32,000 nucleotides of DNA from Psychrobacter cryohalolentis K5 (GTDB taxonomy: Bacteria; Pseudomonadota; Gammaproteobacteria; Pseudomonadales; Moraxellaceae). Made by a program: the position numbers and the translations under genes. Positions 27,514-32,000 of the stretch are shown piece by piece (positions within the stretch are counted from its first letter, which is position 1; every line of letters starts with the position of its first letter). The DNA lies in NCBI RefSeq assembly GCF_000013905.1, contig NC_007969.1:1230001-1262000 (forward strand), written 5' to 3'. A model generated the notes under the pieces. That model did no database searches, was not told where the DNA came from, and saw only the letters and a list, made by a program, of their open reading frames with translations.

Positions 27514-27978
27514 TTAGTCAACGATGGTATTAAGGGCTACGGCTGCAGATTTATTGGCGGGTAATAACTTGATATTCCAACGTAAGGTACGGTATTCAGA
27601 AAAAGGAATTTTTACCATTTTGCCATCGACTTTGCGCATCAGTGGCATATCAGCATAGTTCTTGCCATCGATACTGCCTTGGGCGCTAGCGGGAGATACC
27701 TCACCATTAAAAGTCATATTAGCTGGAATGGGCAGGGTAACTGCTAAGTCATTGATATTTTCATTGATGGTATTGCTATAAGTTGCTTTGTACTGAATCA
27801 CAGTGCCCTTAGGTGCAGTCCGAACTGGTAAGTAACTAATTTTACCTTCACTATTTTTAACGACCTTGTTAGCGGTTAGCTCCATTTTTAGAGCTTCATC
27901 TGCATAAGCTGTATTTAACAAAAATACCGATGCTAAACTGGCTAATAAGGCAGTACGTAAAATGTTAAAACCTTTCAT
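27514..27978 (-). CDS. Secreted single-domain DUF11-like protein (154 aa)
   Basis: AAGGA lies 7 nt upstream. The signal peptide is MKGFNILRTALLASLASVFLLNTAYA. One Ig-like module is present: APKGTVIQYKATYSNTINENINDLAVTLPIPANMTFNG. Confidence 0.75.
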   Translation of the reverse strand: MKGFNILRTALLASLASVFLLNTAYADEALKMELTANKVVKNSEGKISYLPVRTAPKGTVIQYKATYSNTINENINDLAVTLPIPANMTFNGEVSPASAQGSIDGKNYADMPLMRKVDGKMVKIPFSEYRTLRWNIKLLPANKSAAVALNTIVD

Positions 27979-28250
27979 ATAGTATTCCTTGTTTACAGTA
28001 TTGTTATTAATGAGACTTAAATGTCATCTTATATGATTCAAAAATCGCAATCAGTAATATATAAAAGTTTAGGTAACATCAAATTTTTTCTTAAGGCTAT
28101 TGTCACAAACTAAATACAAAATTTCACTATAAATAAGACAAACGGCATTTTGAAGTGACTAAACGGTAGAAGCCCCGTCTTTCAAGATAGGGCTTTTGTT
28201 GAAAAAGGCAGAATTTTCAGTGTTGAGAATAATGCAAGAGAAAACTATGA

Positions 28251-29903
28251 CTAAGGATTTGCTGTGGTGCCATATTTGGTATTGAAGTAAAAAACGCGAT
28301 TGTTTCTTGCATTGATGGTAAGGGTTCTGGTTTTGACTTCACCATTTGCTCCAATAGCTGGATTCTCGGCAGCGTTATAATCAGTGGTTGAAAGTGGTGG
28401 GTTGGCAAGTACTGATGTGACTTGAGCGCCGTTTACCCCTTTTTTCTGCAGCACATCTCGCATCACAAAATCGCTGATCACGATATTTGCACGATTGGTG
28501 GCGGTAATTCTATAAGCAATACATTGTCCTGGCACAAGATCGTTGATGCTTGCAGAGCTAAATCCTACTCTAGGATCGTTATTGCCTGAAGTATTGATAG
28601 CAGGGTCAGTATAGTTGAGTGTAGTAGGACAGTTATTGATGTACTGGGCCTTTTTTAGAACCAGTGCTACGTTTGCTGCGATGACTTTACCGAAGTTATT
28701 ATCTGGATAATGGTAAGTGGTATTTGCAAATGCAATCACTTTCTTATTACTATTGGTACGGATAGTATAGACATTACCGGTATTATTATTTTTTTCTACT
28801 AAACAGAGATTATTGGTATTGCCACTGATGGTAGTAATAGGAACATTTATCTTATATTGACCGATAGTAGGTGTGCTACCATCAACCAATTGCGAACCAT
28901 AAACAGATCCATTTGTACAGTGAGTAAGCTCAACAGTACTACTAGGAATACCAGCTTCAGCATTAGGTGTAGCGCTATCGAATATACCGTTAAAGTAATT
29001 AGCGTTATTAGCATAAGGACCTGTTGTAATATTGGCGTTAGTAGCATTAGCATCTGTGATACCACCATTATCGTTAAAAACAATACCTGAGAAAGTATAT
29101 TGTGGCGTGTAGCAGTAGCTATCTACTCGAAACTGAAACCTTTGACTTGTAGGAGTAGTTACATTATTAGTATTAGTGTAGCTAAAAGTGACCGATCTGA
29201 TATCCTCGCTAAATAAGACAGATCCTTGACAATTTGTATCAAGAGCAGCAGTGCAGTTAAATGATGCATTTGTAGAAGAGGTCTGAAGCCCATTTGCCAG
29301 CTCAATGACACTGGATCCAGATAGTCTTTGAAAAGTCCCTTTAATCTTAGTGTTGTTTCGGGTTATGCCAGTGATGCTGACTAAATCATCCCAACCTGTC
29401 TTATTGCTGCCTATGCTTTTATCAATATCAAACGCGCTTATGGCAACATTATTTAAATAAAGAGAGTCACTATTCCCAGTGTTTTGAAAATCTAAAGTGA
29501 TATCAGAACGAGATGTTAGATCTTTGAAATTTCTATTAATATCCATAGCCGGATTGGCGCTAGTTCCTGTGATCGTAGTATTATTACCAGAAGTATTAAC
29601 GTTGATATCTTCAATAGTCATTTTGATTTTCAATGGAATAGACAAACTTGACGTACTTGTCATAGGCTGATAAGTATTTGTGTCAAAACTCTCTTTGAGC
29701 TTAGTGTAGTTGCTGTTATCGAATATTCCCTTAGTTGAGCTAGCTGGGCATGCTAGGTTAGCTCCAGGGTTAGGTGCAAGTGCGAATGATGAATTGCTGA
29801 TCGTAAGAAAAATCATCGCTGTCATCAACGCCAACATTCGATATATATATTCACCAAATAATTGTGAAACTATTACATTTACGAAGCGCTGAGTCTGATA
29901 CAT
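28251..29903 (-). CDS. Secreted Cys-containing protein (550 aa): novel N-terminal domain, SdrD-B-like domain and C-terminal DUF11-like module; candidate tip adhesin
   Basis: AGGGA lies 7 nt upstream. It has a long signal peptide ending in ...MLALMTAMIFLTISNSSFALA/PNP. The SdrD-B-like segment is FSGIVFNDNGGITDA...EAGIPSSTVELTHCTNGSVYGSQLVDGSTPTIGQYKINV. The C-terminal module (LVPGQCIAYRITATNRANIVISDFVMRDVL) is paralogous to the 683-aa C-terminus. Confidence 0.75.
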   Translation of the reverse strand: MYQTQRFVNVIVSQLFGEYIYRMLALMTAMIFLTISNSSFALAPNPGANLACPASSTKGIFDNSNYTKLKESFDTNTYQPMTSTSSLSIPLKIKMTIEDINVNTSGNNTTITGTSANPAMDINRNFKDLTSRSDITLDFQNTGNSDSLYLNNVAISAFDIDKSIGSNKTGWDDLVSITGITRNNTKIKGTFQRLSGSSVIELANGLQTSSTNASFNCTAALDTNCQGSVLFSEDIRSVTFSYTNTNNVTTPTSQRFQFRVDSYCYTPQYTFSGIVFNDNGGITDANATNANITTGPYANNANYFNGIFDSATPNAEAGIPSSTVELTHCTNGSVYGSQLVDGSTPTIGQYKINVPITTISGNTNNLCLVEKNNNTGNVYTIRTNSNKKVIAFANTTYHYPDNNFGKVIAANVALVLKKAQYINNCPTTLNYTDPAINTSGNNDPRVGFSSASINDLVPGQCIAYRITATNRANIVISDFVMRDVLQKKGVNGAQVTSVLANPPLSTTDYNAAENPAIGANGEVKTRTLTINARNNRVFYFNTKYGTTANP

Positions 29904-29982
29904 ATTGCTATCCCTATAAACTGATATTCACAAACAACTATTTATGTAAATACGCACGATAAACATAACCAAAAATCTGTGT

Positions 29983-30010
29983 ATATTACGTAATTCATCA
30001 TATTAAGCAA
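29983..30010 (-). promoter_or_regulatory. Candidate sigma70 promoter (TTGCTT-N16-TAATAT) for the 550-aa gene
   Basis: The minus strand reads ttgctt aatatgatgaattacg taatat. This would give a 5' UTR of about 70 nt. Confidence 0.35.
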
Positions 30011-30490
30011 TAATTTTGTAAATTTCCTAGAAAACGGATGAATGGCAGATTTAGTATGACGAAATACATATATTTCTGCTGAATATTATATTTATCACTC
30101 ATTAGAAAGAATTTCCCAACAAACCTCCCAAATATCTCAAAAAACATAATCACTATTTATTTTAAAAATACTTGTCATATTGGCATTTCTCTATAGCTAT
30201 AAACAATACGTGAATAAACCCCTATAATAGAGCGTCAATATCATTTGATGATGAAAGTCGCATATCGGCTGTCGTTTACTTTTACTACGATGTCTGTTTG
30301 AACCCCATGCCAAGCTACAGTTGCTGATTATTAGCACTGGTCTGTAATAGCCAAGACATATAATGGAATGACGAGATGCAGCAAGGAAGGCATTAGGTAA
30401 ATCGTTTGCTTACGAAAATATGTATAACTCTGTGATTTAATAATACCCTGCCACCGTGTAGGGATGACTGATAAAAAAGGATTAGAGAAG

Positions 30491-32000
30491 ATGAATTATT
30501 ACAAGGATGCTGATAGCAGCGAAACGCAGGAATGGCTGCAAGCTTTTGAGTCTGTGATTAAGCATGCTGATAAAGATCGCGCGCAGTTCTTATTAAAAGC
30601 CTTATATAATATGGGGGTGCAAGAAGGCCTGCCCTTTAACCGTTTAGATACGGCCTATATCAATACCATCGCCGTTGAAGATGAGCCGATGTACCCAGGT
30701 GACTTGACGATCGAGCGCAAGATTCGCGCCTTGATTCGCTACAATGCTTTGGCAATGGTGATGCGCGCCAATAAAAACGATGACGATTTGGGCGGTCATT
30801 TAGCCTCATTTGCTTCTAGTGCGACGCTATATGAAACTGGTTTTAACCATTTCTTCCGTGCTGCCAGCGATCATTTCGGCGGCGATATGATTTACTATCA
30901 AGGTCACTCAGCGCCAGGTATGTATGCCCGTTCTTATCTAGAAGGTCGCTTGACTGAAGATCAGTTGGATAATTTCCGCCGTGAAGTCGGTGGTAAAGGG
31001 TTATCAAGCTATCCACATCCTTATTTGATGCCGGACTATTGGCAGTTCCCAACGGTTTCGATGGGCTTAGGTCCTATCATGTCAATCTACCATGCCCATG
31101 TACATCGCTATATGGAAAACCGCAAACTGCTAGAGTCAGAAGGTCGTAAGATTTGGGCGTTCTTAGGTGATGGTGAAACAGATGAGCCAGAAAGCTTAGG
31201 TGCTATCTCTCTTGCTGGTCGTGAAAAGCTGGATAACCTGATTTGGGTCGTTAACTGTAACCTGCAGCGCCTCGATGGTCCTGTTCGTGGTAATGGTAAA
31301 ATTATTCAAGAACTTGAATCCGTGTTTCGCGGTGCAGGCTGGCGAGTGATTAAAGTGGTTTGGGGCGGTAACTGGGACAGTCTGCTTGCTAATGATGATA
31401 CCGGTGTCCTTAAACACCGTATGGAAGAGACAGTCGACGGTGAGTATCAGCTATATGAAGCGCGCGATGCCAAATTTACCCGTGAGCATTTCTTTAATAA
31501 GTATCCTGAATTAAAAGAGATGGCAGATGCCTTAACGGATGAAGATATTTCACGTCTGAACCGTGGTGGTCATGATCCGATGAAGGTTTATGCCGCGTTT
31601 AGTGAAGCCATGAAAACCAAAGGTCAGCCGACGGTTATTTTAGTGAAGACGGTCAAAGGCTATGGTCTATCCACCACCCAAGCGGTTAACAAATCGCATC
31701 AAGTCAAGAAGCTTGATCAAGAAGCATTGGTATACTTCCGTGACCGTTTTGACTTACCATTTACTGATGAGCAGTTAGAAACGCTTCCGTTCTACCGTCC
31801 AGCTGAAGACTCAGCAGAGATGAAGTATCTAAAAGGTCGCCGCGAAGCCTTGGGTGGCCATTTGCCAAATCGCCGTAGTGGTCATATTCCTTTGAATATC
31901 CCTGATTTATCTATCTTTGATCGTGTTTTAAAAGGTAGTAACGGTAAAGAACAATCAACCACCATGGTGTTTGTGCGCCTATTATCAGCAATGCTAAAGA
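30491..32000 (+). CDS. aceE: Pyruvate dehydrogenase E1 component, N-terminal roughly 503 aa (runs off the window end)
   Basis: Absent from the ORF track because there is no stop in the window. My translation, MNYYKDADSSETQEWLQAFESVIKHADKDRAQFLLKALYN...GGHLASFASSATLYETGFNHFFR...YYQGHSAPGMYARSYLEGRLTEDQLDNFRREV, is collinear with E. coli AceE. GGA lies about 9 nt upstream. An alternative in-frame ATG exists at 30464. Confidence 0.93.
   Translation, partial: MNYYKDADSSETQEWLQAFESVIKHADKDRAQFLLKALYNMGVQEGLPFNRLDTAYINTIAVEDEPMYPGDLTIERKIRALIRYNALAMVMRANKNDDDLGGHLASFASSATLYETGFNHFFRAASDHFGGDMIYYQGHSAPGMYARSYLEGRLTEDQLDNFRREVGGKGLSSYPHPYLMPDYWQFPTVSMGLGPIMSIYHAHVHRYMENRKLLESEGRKIWAFLGDGETDEPESLGAISLAGREKLDNLIWVVNCNLQRLDGPVRGNGKIIQELESVFRGAGWRVIKVVWGGNWDSLLANDDTGVLKHRMEETVDGEYQLYEARDAKFTREHFFNKYPELKEMADALTDEDISRLNRGGHDPMKVYAAFSEAMKTKGQPTVILVKTVKGYGLSTTQAVNKSHQVKKLDQEALVYFRDRFDLPFTDEQLETLPFYRPAEDSAEMKYLKGRREALGGHLPNRRSGHIPLNIPDLSIFDRVLKGSNGKEQSTTMVFVRLLSAMLK

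Noticed and set aside
22247-29892. Short ORFs antisense to or nested in the DUF11-cluster genes (for example 22247-22522, 23655-23879, 26251-27223 set, 28217-28408, 28847-29090, 29710-29892)
   Set aside because: Each lies within a much longer ORF that has a signal peptide, an SD and a repeated domain signature. Their sequences are low-complexity shadows.
19965-29903. Classifying the locus as a classical chaperone-usher pilus, a sortase-dependent pilus, a two-partner secretion system or a classical autotransporter
   Set aside because: There is no two-domain PapD-like chaperone ORF, and no LPXTG-type C-terminal signal or sortase gene. There is no POTRA-containing TpsB and no TPS domain motif. 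The barrel-like part is far longer than a 12-strand autotransporter barrel. I cannot exclude a remote relationship to ushers without profile or structure searches, so it is reported as a candidate new arrangement rather than assigned.
30248-30301. 17-codon mini-ORF (MMKVAYRLSFTFTTMSV) in the aceE leader as a leader peptide
   Set aside because: It has no recognisable SD, no run of regulatory codons and no obvious alternative terminator/antiterminator pairing. It is kept only as a note under the aceE leader finding.
18900-30490. Possibility that the surface-protein locus is a mobile genomic island
   Set aside because: I found no integrase, transposase, flanking tRNA, direct repeats or IS ends in the window. 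Only the AT-rich flank and accessory-type content hint at horizontal origin. That is insufficient to call a mobile element.
30843-31417. Minus-strand ORFs 30843-31052 and 31196-31417
   Set aside because: They are antisense to aceE, whose plus-strand translation is collinear with E. coli AceE. The track missed aceE only because it has no stop codon in the window.

Overview
This 32-kb chromosomal window most likely comes from a Moraxellaceae gammaproteobacterium. It looks Psychrobacter-like: moderately AT-rich, with many proteins carrying D/N/S/T/K-rich low-complexity extensions. The genus call is inference only.

Positions 1-18.9 kb hold mostly core genes:
- The rpsF-rpsR-rplI ribosomal operon (minus strand, rplI truncated at the window edge).
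- A GYF/RDD membrane protein.
- Divergent ppsA/ppsR.
- sthA with an N-terminal extension.
- A four-gene TolC-like/HlyD/ABC-2/ABC-2 envelope-export operon with no ATPase gene.
- A solitary glpK with two insertions.
- A glycine-zipper protein, an EEP-family nuclease/phosphatase and a TetR regulator.

aceE (pyruvate dehydrogenase E1) starts at 30491 and runs off the right edge.

The stand-out region is 18.9-29.9 kb on the minus strand. Four co-oriented genes encode Sec-signal-bearing, Thr/Asn/Ser-rich proteins of 550, 154, 683 and 1762 aa, all built from DUF11/TIGR01451-type Ig-like repeats. The 1762-aa product fuses N-terminal Ig-like domains (DUF11, SdrD-B-like, Big_1-like) to a roughly 850-aa C-terminal region with outer-membrane beta-barrel character. 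A putative lipoprotein gene follows.

I see no PapD-like chaperone, recognisable usher, sortase/LPXTG, TpsB/POTRA protein or secretion ATPase in the window. I therefore flag the locus as a candidate undescribed outer-membrane-anchored surface-fibre or adhesin assembly system. I found no tRNA, rRNA, CRISPR array, transposase or integrase.
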